NCBI GenBank assembly: GCA_964016885.1 | Contig: OZ024742.1 | Span: 79,980,001-80,044,000, forward strand | Direction of reading: 5' to 3' | DNA length: 64,000 nucleotides | Origin: Eledone cirrhosa | Taxonomy: Eukaryota | Program-made: the position numbers and the translations under genes | The notes under the pieces: generated by a model | What the model was told of the DNA's origin: nothing | Database searches by the model: none | What the model saw: only the letters and a program-made list of their open reading frames with translations | In this document: piece by piece, positions 10,650 to 23,500 of the stretch | Position numbering within the stretch: position 1 is the first letter of the stretch | Layout: each line of letters begins with the position of its first letter

Positions 10650-12744
10650 ATTCTTGCCTCCCTCACCCATCTTTCAACCAAATGCTGGGAAGAGAGCACT
10701 TCACTTTCCTTTTCAAATGAAATTTGAATGAGTTAATCAGGGCATCACCGAAGAGGTAAGTGCTCGTCTTCAGCCCTTTCGAACGTGTCCACCATACTAT
10801 CTCTTTCGCCATGACCAACAGACAGATAAAAAATTGCCTGCCCTTCCCGGCTAAAGAAAGAGGGCGGGGCATTCCTCATGATGGACTCAGCTGATAGCTG
10901 GATCCGTCCTACACGCGACAGCAGGTGTTCGACGTAAACCCACAAGTCAGCAATGGTCGGACACTGGACGAGTGCGTGCAGGACGGTTTCGTCGCCCTGC
11001 GCGCATCTCAGACGTGCCAGTCTGACGGCACCTCCATGCCTGTAGAATTTAGCACTTCCAGGCCAGGGATTTCTGGAAGTTGTCCATAGGCCGCGGCCCG
11101 AAAGTTCTTCCGAAGAGATTGGCTAGTTGATTTTCGTCGACACCTAGAGTTTCCCCAAGTACGTCGTCGCTCTTCCCCTCCACTAATCCTCTATAGAAAG
11201 CCAAGGTGGAGTTTCCACCGATCACATTGCCCGATTGGTCGAGGGCTGTGAGCGCCTGAAGACATTCCAGTCTCCAAACGCTCCCTCTCGGTCTTCGCTT
11301 GACCCAGGACTGCAGCTCATCCAAGGAGACGAGCTGGGGAAAGACGTGTCTAGCAAATGGCGACCACACCTGAGCACCGTCGAGGAAGAGGTGAAGATGT
11401 CGTAGCCTGAGCGCGTGTCTGCGCATCATAAGCCACGGGATTCCCAGCCCTCCAGGTAGCGGGTGTTGACAGCATATGGACCGCCTGACCATCGGAGAGC
11501 GTCCCTTCCACGAAAAGCGAAAGAGCAAACGCTACAGCGCAGTCAGGCGGGGCTTAGGACAATGTACGATGGTCAGGCGGCAGTAGATGACGGACGCGAT
11601 GTACACGTTAGCCACCTCCGCTCGACCTTTCAGGGATAGCTTCCTCTCCGCTCATTTCTGGGTGCGAGAAGCCACCCTGCTCGTCACCTCGTCCCAGTTT
11701 TTGTCCGTCTGGAGGTCCGGACCGAACCAGATCCCTAGCAATTTAACCGCTACGTCCGTCCAGCGCCCGACGGCGCTGTTGGACGGCATGTACCTGCCTC
11801 TCCAGGAGCCGAGCTGCAGGCCCACTGACTTTTTCTGGTTGATCATTGCTCCTGTCACCGCTTCGTATTATCTTAGTGTATTACCGATCGCCTCGATGTG
11901 TTTGGCGTTCGACACCACTGGGTGACAGCGTCCGCATATGTTGACACTGATCTTCCGCATCCTAGTTCGCGCGGGACCCCCTCAACGTCTCCAGTTTGTG
12001 CAATAATGGCTCGAGAGTGAATATGTATAAGAGGGACGAGAGGGGACATCCTTGGCGGACCGAGCGCATGATGTTGAACGGTTCCGAAAAGTGACCGTCC
12101 TCTCTCACCACAGAGCAGATGTCGCTGTGCATGGCAGCGATCCAGCTTCTGAAGATGGGCGCAAAGCCAGCCGCCCTCAGGACTGCCGCTAGGTAACGAT
12201 TGTCGACCCTATCGAAAGCTTTCGACTGATCTAAATTGATCAAGGACCCACCGGTGCCAGGTTCCCTAGCTACCCTCTCTACGATGTATCGCATGAGGTG
12301 GAGGTTGTCGTGGATGGATCTGTCGGGAATGGCGCATGTCTGCGCCTCTCCCACCAGACACCCAACAACAAGCGCCAACCTCTTTGCTAGCACCTTGGCC
12401 AAAATCTTGAACTCTGTGTTTAGCAGAATTATGGGCCTAAAATTGTCTATGTTATCCCCCTTGTTCGGATCATTTCTCAGCAGCGCCACAGCTCATCGGT
12501 TCACAGAGCTGGGAAATCTCCCGTTCTGTTGCCAGTTGCAGTAGACGTCCGACAAGAGGCCTCCGAACAAGTCTGGCATCTGTACGTAAAGTTCATAGGG
12601 CAGACCATCCAAACCAGGCGATTTACCCCTTGTGCAACCAGTCATTGCCTCCCGTACTTCAGCGGCTGTTATCGGCTTTTCGCAACACTCCGCCTCAGTG
12701 GCCGAGAGCCGCGGCAGTCCGTCGAGGTATACACTAAAGTTCAT
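10650..12744 (-). pseudogene. LINE ORF2 RT and C-terminal region, fragmented
   Basis: KSPGLDGLPYE, FRPIILLN, DQSKAFDRV, SVRQGCPLS, YAD, GGLGIP motifs across frames. Confidence 0.92.
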
Positions 12745-12802
12745 CCCTCGATCCGGCCCGCCGCTGCCCCCGAACAGCTATTCGTAGTGTCGCTGAAAAG
12801 CT

Positions 12803-13990
12803 TCACACATTTGCCCGGGATCGAGTAGCATGCGCCCGTCGTGGTCCACCAAAGACCGGATCGTGGCTTTGTTGCCACGATGCGCCTCCGCCACTCGGGC
12901 CCATTGAACGGCTTTCGTCCCCATCGTGTCTGAGAGCACGCACCCTAGCTCTGACAACGCAGCCTTCGTTCTTTGCATTGAAGAATTGGTCAGGGGCCAA
13001 TTTCGCCGCAAGTACGTCGGTCGCGATGCCTTTGCTAAGCGCCTCGTCTAATCTTCTAACTAATTCTCCCTCTGATCTATTTTTCTCTATTGCCAAAGCA
13101 TTAATATACCTAATGGACTCTATTCTAATTGCTATTTTCAGAGCAAACCACCACTTGTTGTTGACGATGGCCCCCGTCAACGCCCGCTTAACTAGTTCGC
13201 TAATCCGGTCTCTGTAGGCATTGCGCGCTTGTAAGGAAGCGTTTAGCTTCCAGTAGCCGGATCCTCGTCTATGAAGCCTATCTAAGTCAGGTACACAGAT
13301 CACGAATTTGTGGTCCGTGTAGCTGAATATTTTGAAATGTGGACAGCCTATGCTAGACCTATCTATTTCCCTACAAAATACTCTATCTAGATATGATCTG
13401 GATGACCCTATGCGATTTGTCCAAGTCCATATTGGCACATTCGGGAAATCCAATCGGTACCAGTCAGACAGTTCAAAACGCCTGAGCAAGTTGGTGAGGC
13501 TCTTGCACCCTCCTCCCCTATCCGCTAATCCCACACAGTCCCAGCGTGCATCTAAGATCCCGTTCCAGTCGCCCACTAACACTAAAGAGCGGGACGTTCC
13601 AAGAAAGGTCTCCAGACGCCGGAAGAAATCAGGCCGCCCTGCTCCTGTCGGGGCATAGACAGCCACTAGCGTGAAAGCTTGCCCGTCTCCGCTGGTCACG
13701 TCTAGCACCACCAACTTACCTTCTGGGTTCAGGAAGATGGCCCGTATGGCGAGATCCAAACCTCTCCGAAAAAGCACAGCAACTCCTCCCCCCGATCCCG
13801 GACAGCTGGGAGATGCGTACACATCGTAGCCGCCGAAGATCGGTGCGAAGGCCCGTGCTTCGGAGATTTTGGTCTCGCTGATGGCCACTACATCTATGTT
13901 TAGTGACCTGAGGTAGTTGAGCAGGTGACCCTGATTCCATGACGACCCCAAGCCACGCGCATTTATGCTGCCTATTCTGAGTGAGGTCAT
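12803..13990 (-). pseudogene. LINE ORF2 N-terminus: APE endonuclease
   Basis: SINARGL, ISETK, AVYAP, LVGDWN, YLDRVF, YTDHK, GYWKLN motifs. Confidence 0.92.
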
Positions 13991-14418
13991 GTTGAAATGG
14001 AGTGGAAAAGGTGGGATAGACCACTTACCTTACTTCTCGTAGAGGAAGGATGTTTTGTCCATCCTTTTCACTGCTTGTAGCCTCCTCCGGAAGGATGTCC
14101 TTATTAATCCTCCTGGAGAGTGTTTGTCGGAAGTCTCCTATGTCTTTGGGGAACTTTTGTTTTAGTGTCGTGTACGTTTTCTGTGTGATGCGAGTGATTT
14201 GTATGTGTGGAGGTGGTATGAACTTTTGGGTTGTTGTGTAGTATTTTTCTGTGATGCTGGTGTTGTGTTGCATGTAGTGTAATAATTGGTTGTTGTTCAA
14301 ATTTAAGCTGTGTAGTGTGTATCGTTTTGGTTGTTTTGCTTTGTTTGCGTTTGTTGTGGGTTTGTTTCTGTTACGCTTTTTGGTGACTTTTGTCGTGTTG
14401 GTGATGGTGGTGTTGGGA

Positions 14419-15426
14419 TTAATGATGGTGATGGTGTTGGTGTTTGTGGTGATGGGGTTGGTGATGCTGGTGTGGATGGTGGCATATCTGTCTTAACTTT
14501 CTTGTTCGATAATTTATTTGTTTCCCTCTGTATTTTGTTTTTTGAGGGGGAAGGAAGAGACTTTTTTTCTTTTTTGGTTTCTTTTTTTTATTTTTTCCTG
14601 ATACCGTTTCCCACTCCTCGTCGTCACAATCTGTTTCCAGTTGCGATAAGCCGGGGAGTGGTAAATCCTCCACAGGCGTTGGTTTTGGTTGTGGTGTGGT
14701 GGATGGTGTAGGCGCTGGTGCTAGTTCTGGGGCGTTGGGTGGTGGTGGTGTTGGTTTTGCTACTGTTGCTGGCCTTGTTGCTGTTACAGTTGCTTCTGTT
14801 GTTGCTGCTACAGTTGCTGCTGCTATTTCTGCTGCCGGTGGTGTTGATGGTTGAGTCACTGGGGTGGGTAAGAGAGGTGGCCTCAACCTTTTAGCCTGAG
14901 GGCAGAAAGCCCTTAGGTGGGTTCCTTCACCACAAACGACGATTACGGTGAGGTGGCTGCAATCAGTGAGGTCTATTACATCTGGGATCTCCTCAATGCT
15001 TTTATAGTCCGCTTGGATCAGGAGCTCCATCCCAGATCCGGACCAGTTCTCCTGCTTTTCTTTTGCTATTTCTATAATGTTGGTGTTGGCCTCGATGCCG
15101 GCGAGGACGGCAACCATTAGCCAGCGAATTTCGATGGCCGGTGGAACCTGGGTTACCCTGATCTTCACAAGTCTCTGGCCACAATAGTTTGGGATCAGTG
15201 TGATGTCGTCACTTCTTAATGGGGCCATGGAGTGTTCTCTGGCCTCCTGTGGTGTTTCAAAGAACACGTCCACGGTTCCATACTTCTGCCCACGTCTGAT
15301 GTGGGTTTTTTTTGCCCACACATGTCTCAAAGCTTTTTTGATTTGGGACTCAGATGCCCGTTCCACTCGGCGCAATTTTTTGTTTATTGTCCGATAAGAC
15401 ACGTTGCATAGGCAACGTTGCTCCAT
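14419..15426 (-). pseudogene. LINE ORF1 (RRM-like region plus partial Zn knuckle)
   Basis: Upstream of ORF2; VCGEGTHLRAFCP knuckle remnant, Pro/Thr-rich and basic tail; related fragment at 19771-19960. Confidence 0.75.
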
Positions 15427-16179
15427 TTTATTAGGTGGGGGGGTTTAGGCTGACCCTGTACCCATCTTTCTTTACCATTCCTTTGGCTTCGTCTAATTCT
15501 TCCTGAGTTACCTGGATCGCTTCGCACGTTTTTGCTACTCTGGCAAAACTCAGGGTAGTTTTCTTAATTTCATTGTTGCTGTTGTTATTATCGTTATGTT
15601 TGCTATTGTTAATTTTAGTTTCAGTTGTTGTGGTGGTGGCGTCAGTGGTGTTCGGTGTGGAAGAGTTCATTTTGGTTGAATTCATTTCGATATCATGAGT
15701 TAATTTTTTTTTCTTTTGTTTCTGTTGCCGTTGTGGTGGTGGTGGTGGGGGGGGGGGGTTGTCGCGGTGGTGGTGGTGGTGGTGGTGGCGGCTTTAACAC
15801 CTGCAATCATTGGTAATGGCGGGATTTGAACGTCTGCCTGAGACAAATTAAAAATATTGCTATTGCTTACAATTCCAGTGTTGGCAAACGTAGCAATATT
15901 TACAATAGTGGTGTTGGTGTGAGGTGTTGGATTGCGAGGAAGGAGTGAATCTGAGTCATCCATTATTTTTCAAAGAAAAATTTGTTGTTTGATAATTATA
16001 ATAAGTTTAAATTTTAGGCTCAAGGCCCCAATATTTTTGAGTGTCCTTTTCAGAAATCAATGTATGTTCACTTATATATAGTTAACAATAAAAAATTGCC
16101 ATAAATGGCAATTTTAACTAACTGAAAATAACAAACCTTTGCGGAGCTCACGATGATACGATTTACTACGTAGGTCGCC

Positions 16180-18240
16180 AATAATAATAATAATAATAAT
16201 AATGATTTCTTTATTAGCCACAAGAACATATATAGAGGACAATACAATAGACGGGGACAGTGGTGATTTTACATAAAAATAGAGTATCAAGTAAATGATA
16301 TAAAACAATATCAATAAACAATATAACAATAACAATAAACATTTCCCAATAGATGGGACTTTGAGAGATCCACATGGAGAAAGCTCGCAAAAATCTACAG
16401 TCACCTTGGCCACAAGGGCAAGTGCCCTCTATTAGTTTTCTCCCTCCAATATACAGCCGCATATTCAGAGCAGGCCTATGCACTCGGGCCATGCTCACCT
16501 CTCATCCACCTTTCAGGAAACTCGCTGTAAGGTAGCAATTACCCTTCAACACTGATTTTCGTCTTCAAGTGAAACATGAAATAGTTACTCAGAATTCCAC
16601 GAAGAAGAAAGGGCTTTTGATCCCTTTCATACATGTCCACAACACGCCCGCTTTCACCATGGTCACCTGGCATATAAAATAATCCTGCATTCTCAGTAAA
16701 AGAATGGCGGCGGGGCGATTTTCACGTTGGAGAGCTGATAGCGGAATTCGTCCAGCAGTTTTCGACTATTCGACAGGTGCGTGCAAGCGTCGACGATAGG
16801 TGATGTGGTTGCGAAAGTCTCACAAACTTCCTCAAACGTTTCCAACTGTCTGACACGCACCAACTGGATTTCCCGACATACCAATATGCACAATGCCTAA
16901 CCACAGAGTGTATCTACATGGGGCATTCTGTAGGAAAGAGGACATGGATAGTATAGGTTGCCCCTCTCGTCACTTTTGTATGTATTACCAGCCAAAGAGG
17001 ATTACGTTGATAGGCGTCCCACGCGTAATAGGATATGAGAGATCTGTGTGTGGTCCTACCAAAGATATCACCGTCATTGGAATGATCGGCATAGCTCTCG
17101 CAGCAATATATGCAACATTTAATCCGGATATCAGTGGGTCTGCAGCTCAGCCACTGGAGAGACAGGTCCATGACATCCAACAGCATCATGGAGCGCTGGA
17201 CGGACGATTAGGCCAAGATTTGGAAAGTTTGCTTTGGTTCGAAACTACAGATGGACAAAAACTGGGACGTGGTAATGAGCAGGTAGCTTCTTTCACCCAG
17301 AAATAAGCCAGGACCTTTCTCTGAAACGTTGGGCAAAGGTGGCGTACTGGTCCATCTTTTACTACCACCTGACCGTCATGACTTGTCCACGTCTGATTGC
17401 ACTGAAGAAGCTGCTCTTTCATTTTATGTGGAAGGGACTGTTACTACTGGTAAGGTGGTCCATTTGCTGTCAACACCCGCTGTGTGGAGGACTGGGTATA
17501 CCGTGGTTTAAGATACGTAAACATGCGCTGAGGCTTCGACATCGTTTCCTTAACGGGGAAAATGTGTGGTTACCATTCTCTAGACATGTTTCTCCAGCTC
17601 AGCTCCTCGACGGAGCTACATCAACCCGTCCTTTGTCCGAGCATTGCTGACTTTTGGGTTTATGTCGAACACCTGCTGTGATGAGTAGGACGAATACGTG
17701 TATCAGTTAAGTCCATTGTAAAGATGGCCGCTACAACTTCATTAAGTCAGGATAGCAGGCTGTTTTATCTGTCAGGCAGGTAGTCAATGCCAAATAGTTT
17801 GTATGATGGAGACTTCTGAACATTTTAAAGACAAGCATTCTTGTCTGCGGCGATGCCCTGATTAAATTTTCCAGGTTTCACTTGAAGCAGTTTGGTGATC
17901 GGTCGGGGAGAGACAGGGAGCTTCGACCGCTTGAATGCATGAATGGGCCCGCTCAGTATCTGTGCCGGTAGAATTGAGAACAATTGGTAAGGGCACTTAC
18001 TCTTGTATTCAGGGCACTCATCCTTTTATGCTTTTATTCTGTGCAACCCTCGTCTGTCTCTCGCATATTCAGGATTTCCCATTGTTAAAACGTTTTATTG
18101 TCACCTTTCTTTTTACTATTGTTAAACCTGTTCATACGCAAAGCCCATATACTGACACACACTCTATGTTTTCGTCCAGTGTCGCCATAATGTTTTCTGA
18201 ATGTAAACCCTTTATGGTGAATAAAGAAATCGTTATTATT
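16180..18240. mobile_element. Rearranged fragments of a related L1/Tx1 LINE
   Basis: 16180-~17160 is a minus-strand 3' end with AATAAA/(ATT)n; 17185-17610 is plus-strand (DKNWD, CCQHPLCGGLGIPW); 17850-18240 is a plus-strand 3' end. Confidence 0.75.
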
Positions 18241-19539
18241 AGTATAATTTTCATTGTGATGATGATATTGATAACATCAACAACCCAATTACCAACAGTG
18301 TGTTACTATGGATAAAGATGTATATGGAAATAACATATTTATATATTTATACATACACACACAGACATACATATGTGTGTGTATGTGTGAATGTGTTTAC
18401 AAAACGTTAATTTAATCTCGTTGTGAATAAATCACAGGAAAGTGATTCATGATGAGTCTGAAGAAAGATGAAACTTATGGGATGATACTTCACTCTCCAA
18501 ACTATTTGTGATCTATTCACGTATTATATTCCGACTGCAAGTCAAAATATATTTTTAATAAATATATTTTCTGTGATTTCAACATATACTCAGATACACA
18601 TACACAGTTCCTCACATATGCTTGTATTGTGTGAGCGTTTGTGTGCCTATGTATTTTACTGTTCTATCTGAATATTATCGCCCTTTTTCATCTATTTCCA
18701 TAAGAAATATATTCCTATGTATTGCTTAAACTCTGCATATTTTTAAACATAAACTGTTTATAAAACTGCTATAAATCTCAGAAATAGGAATATTGCAAAG
18801 AAAATATATCACAAAAGCCATTATTGAAGGAATAAATATGGAGCATGCAGAGGTCTGAACAAGTTTCACCTTTGCATGCTCCAAGCACTGTTTCAGCTAT
18901 ATCTCTTAATGTGTAGCTTTTATGCTGCTGACATTCTATTGAAAATGCACATTTATACCATATGAATTATACACACAGGCATATGCTTTTAAAATTAATT
19001 TATAGGAAGAACTACGATGGCATAAGAGAGAACAGCGTAAACCACCGTGAGAGTAGAAGCGAGAGAGAGATAGATAGAGATAGAGAGAGAGAGACAGGCT
19101 AAGAAACGGATAGATAAGATGCGTTGTAGCCTACATATGAATATAATCATTTAATTATTCTAACCTAGAATTATTCTAAGACGTAAAACAAATGATGGTA
19201 TGGGCAAGGTCGTTATAAAACAGAAACATCAACTTGATAGAAAATTATATTACTGTAACCTTATTATTAAAATATAATAATTTACATAAATATTACATAG
19301 CACATAAAAAACAAACTATTAGGGTTACTCACCGGCATAAATATGAGGACCCACAATCTAAGCCATGCCCAACCAACATGCTTTGTTATACTTCCCGGAG
19401 ATCACCGAACTCCTACGTAAGCATTGTTTGGATGAAATTCATCAACAATTGCATCCACAAGCTATGAACAGAAGTACAGCATTTCTAGCTATATTGTTTT
19501 CTTGTTTTGAGTAGTAATATACTTCCGCGGACTCTTGAT

Positions 19540-19960
19540 TATTTCATAGACTATCCACATGGATTTTCCTTCTCCAATGCATATATTTTGTTAAGCATCT
19601 CATTGTTGTAGGTTTTGACGAACGTGTATTTCAGTGAATCACACTGTGTATCGTTTTCTTTCCTTTCTGAAGATTTCTGTCGGAGCTAATTATTGCTATA
19701 ATACTGTTCCTGTTAGATTTGTTCAACCTCTATTTCAGGATTAGGAGGATATAACTCACCATCCTGCAGATCATGCAACGAGCAGGAATATATTACTGGT
19801 CCTCATTGGAAATGAAGTTGTTGATATCATCAATAGTGCTACCAGAACAGCGGCCTCAGGTATTTGTTCGTTATTTCGTTTATTTTTCAGCCCCTCAGGG
19901 CAGAAAGCCCTCAAGTTGCTTTTGCTTCCGCAAATGTAGTAACTTGTTTTTATGCCCTGC
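19540..19960 (-). mobile_element. L1/Tx1 ORF1 fragment
   Basis: YYICGSKSNLRAFCPEG matches the knuckle of 14419-15426. Confidence 0.6.
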
Positions 19961-19995
19961 ACGTTCAGCCAAACTGCTTTTGACAGTGGGCTCAT

Positions 19996-20178
19996 GAAAT
20001 ACCTTTATGATCCTGAAGGATAATGACAAGTAAATGCTATTAGTTTGATATACACCCTTTGTTAATTCTCGCTAATGCTATATATGTATATGAAATTAAA
20101 GACAGTTATCGAAGGACATATATCAAGTTAACAGCATTTAGTTGTCATGATGCTTCAGGATAACAAGGCTATTTCAAA
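19996..20178. repeat. Old degenerate inverted repeat (~60-bp arms)
   Basis: GAAATACCTTTATGATCCTGAAGG...TTGATATA vs TATATCAAG...CTTCAGGATAACAAGGCTATTTC. Confidence 0.6.
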
Positions 20179-20983
20179 GCTCTCTTCTTTTATGGAAACA
20201 CTTTCAAAAGCAATATCATTGAAAGTAAAGCCCAGTTATTATACTAGTGGAAGCAACCGCAACTTTATATATATATATATACAATGAAAACTTATTTGTA
20301 TATAAAGGCTAGGTGGGTAGCTAAGCAGAAGAGAAGAATAGACATATCCAAAAGATAATAGAAGGAAATTAAGCAAGAACGTGGCTCAATTAGCTTTATT
20401 GAGAAGGAAGATCTTCATATACTCAGAGGGTAGAACGTTTAAATAACTAGAAAACGATTTACTATAATTTACGAAGCAGGTCAAAGAAAATAATTCTTTG
20501 CAAAATATTTCAGTGCATTCAGCCTGTAGTTAAATTATTGCATTTTTACAAATCATATCGATATTTCAAAATGAGTTTCCCCAGGAAAGTATTTAACAAA
20601 GGTTTATTCGTCTTTGAGTTTGTAATATTTGTATTTATTCCCTTTTTTGTTTAGATAAGATATGTGAAAGAAACAGATTGATAACGATGAATCGTCATTT
20701 ATATATGTATTTAGCATGTTACTGTGTGTCGAATTGTCACGTGCATTTAGCAGAGGATGGGCTCAGGATTCCCATAGAAGTTATGCACCCGACTCCATTA
20801 TCGATCTGCTCTTCCAACCGATGATCCGACAAAAAACAATGTTTGTTGTGATTTGTGAGATAGGGGTTATATATATACATATTTATATATATATATGCAT
20901 TTGCATGGGCATCTGATGGTTGTTTTGGTATCACCACCAGTAATTCAGTGAATAACATAGTCTGTATACACCCCCCCCCCAAT

Positions 20984-21043
<60 letters not shown>

Positions 21044-21112
21044 TAGATAGATAGATATATAGATATATAGATAGATAAATATACACGGGAGTGTATGTTG
21101 TGTATAGAAGAT

Positions 21113-21463
21113 TATATTAATAAGAGGAATTCCAACTTTGTCTGATTTACTCCTTTTATTTACAATCCTTTATAATTTATAATGGTATTATAATGAAATA
21201 GCATGATAGAATATTAAATGTTAAGTGTTAATTGAACAAGTACTTTCATGCTTTCGCAATCTTCAGGTTCATAATATCTGGTGACAGTCAAGTTTGCAAT
21301 AAAAACATATTATGAACCTGAAGATTGCGAAAGCATGAAAGTACTTGTTCAATTAACACTTAACATTTAATATTCTATCATACTATTTCATTATAATACC
21401 ATTATAAATTTTAAAGGATTGTAAATAAAACGAGTAAATCAGACAAAGTTGGAATTCCTCTTA

Positions 21464-21471
<8 letters not shown>
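21113..21471. mobile_element. Fold-back palindrome (165-bp arms, 29-nt spacer) with a hammerhead in each arm
   Basis: Arms 21113-21277 / 21307-21471 nearly perfect; (TA)n flank. Confidence 0.9.
21314..21350 (+). ncRNA. Minimal type I hammerhead (mirror copy 21234-21270 -)
   Basis: GAAC-CTGAAGA-TTGCGAAAGCAT-GAAA-GTAC-TT-GTTC; palindromic helix III AGTACT. Confidence 0.8.
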
Positions 21472-21556
<85 letters not shown>

Positions 21557-21629
21557 TGTCCTACGCCACCTTGTAGATGGCGTGGGACAGAACAAAGGAG
21601 AGGCACAAAAAACAAGAAAAGAGTCCCCA

Positions 21630-21672
21630 GTCACTGAAGAGGTCACATAATGTGTGACGAAAGAACTTTGAC
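21630..21672 (+). ncRNA. Minimal hammerhead in a ~250-bp solo pLTR (21556-21808) between (TA)n tracts
   Basis: GTCA-CTGAAGA-G-GTCACA-TAATG-TGTGAC-GAAA-GAAC-TT-TGAC. Confidence 0.8.
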
Positions 21673-21803
21673 AATGTATAAACAATCATCCGGTTGTGGA
21701 ACCAACCAACCGGAAATTTATAAATTCCTAAATTTATAATAAATTGAAGTGAAAGCAACTGGTGCGTGTGTTTCTTATTGGCAACATGACCCTCCGAAAG
21801 TAT

Positions 21804-21847
<44 letters not shown>

Positions 21848-21851
<4 letters not shown>

Positions 21852-22812
21852 ATAATAATAAATTTGAAGACTAAAATCTAAAGAGGGCTCGATAAGGATA
21901 AATATATATCAAATATATAAGAGCCGTAAAGCAAATATTTATTAAAATAACAGATTAAAGTTTAAGCAAAGAATCGCTGCTTTCACCCTTAACGGGATCT
22001 TCTGAAACTAACAAAGTCAATCTGTAAACGCAGAAGTGGATATTTAAAAAAACGTTGCAACCGGAGGAAGACAGGAAGACGATACTTTGGTTCGTGGTAA
22101 CGTTCGCTGGCAAAGAACGGGAAAAAACGAATTTAATACGTCATTAATTTGGAGCGGTGAAAAACAATTACGCGCAAAGACAGAACCACATTTATGGTAT
22201 AAAAGAGGTCGTAGACTAATGTTCTCTTAGGTGGTTCATAGAGACGTTCTCTGGCAATGAACGAAAAAAACGAAGATAATACGTCATATGTGGACCGTAG
22301 AGAACAATAGCACGCAAAGACAAAACCCCGTAAATGGTAAAGCAGAAGTCGTAGACCAAAATTCTAACTAGGCGACCGAATGAATCTCCGCTACAGAGTT
22401 AAGAACAAAGTAAATAAATACAATACAGAAGTAATAGAAATAAATAAATACATACACGCAAACAAATACGTACATACACAAGCATACGCAAAACACTTTC
22501 GATAGGTATACAAAACCACGCACATATAAATATGTGTGTATGCGTGTATACAAATAAATAAACAATTATATAAACGTATATAAATAAATAAATACGTATA
22601 TAACATACCTACATGAAAATACACGAATGTACGGAGACGTAAGTCAACCAAAACATGAAGTACATATATACACACACCTTACATACGGACGAACCTACAT
22701 ACTCACACAGACGCAAAACTCCCGTATACATATAGCCAAACCATATGTACCAGAATATCCCGTTAAGGGTGAAAGCAGCGATTCTTTGCTTAAACTTTAA
22801 TCTGTTATTTTA

Positions 22813-22820
<8 letters not shown>
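21848..22820 (-). mobile_element. PLE pLTR/3'UTR, same family as 1648-3410, with short inverted piece 22758-22820
   Basis: Reverse complement of ~2340-3410; (TA)n at both ends. Confidence 0.8.
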
Positions 22821-22879
<59 letters not shown>

Positions 22880-22882
<3 letters not shown>

Positions 22883-23500
22883 GTGCATTCTCAGAGTAAG
22901 ACATTTTATCCTGACTAGGCTTGCCTCTCTCCCCCACCTTTCAACGAATTTGCTGAAAGCCAGCATTTCCCACTTCTTCCCGATTTCTCTCTCCAGTTGA
23001 AAGCTGAAAAAATAACCAGGGCTTCGCCGAAGAGGAGAATGCTTGTCTTCAAAATTTTCAAGCACATCCACCACACGGCCACTTAAACCTGGAAACCTGG
23101 GAGAGGAAATTTACCTGAAGCTTACCCTAAAAGTGAAGACGCTGGTGTGATCTACATAATGGATTCAGTTGATAGTCGGCTCCATCGCATACGTGAGAGA
23201 AGGTGTTCGATGTAAACCCACAAAGTCTAAAAACTCGAACACTCGATTAGCCCATGCAGGAGGCATTCGTCGACCCGCACGAATTTGGGCCAGGCCAAGG
23301 TTTTAGAGACGAGGCTGTAGCTTGTCATCGGTGGTCTGGTAGCAGAGGCTCAAACATGTTTCATTCAAGATAGATCCATTCAAGATAATTTCCACCTTTT
23401 GCGATACATCATAGAGAGGGTGGCTAAAGAACCTAAGACGGCTGGGACTCTGATTAACTTAGATCATTCGAAATCATTCGATAGGATTCGATTGGCAGCA
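22880..23500 (-). mobile_element. Decayed L1/Tx1 ORF2 fragment
   Basis: Similar to 10620-10990 (GTGTTCGATGTAAACCCACAA, GATTCAGTTGATAG). Confidence 0.6.

Larger units (their letters stand above)
10358..16170 (-). mobile_element. Near full-length L1/Tx1-clade LINE, inactivated by stops and frameshifts
   Basis: ORF1 pieces (15963-14025), APE endonuclease, RT, C-terminal C..ETVLHALVQC, AATAAA + (ATT)n tail. Confidence 0.9.

Noticed and set aside
12236-13658. Plus-strand ORFs overlapping LINE ORF2
   Set aside because: Antisense shadows of GC-richer coding sequence, with no motifs
18445-18485. ATGATGA-GTCT..AGAT-GAAA hammerhead-like motif
   Set aside because: Core is mutated and helices I and III are not supported; too degraded to call
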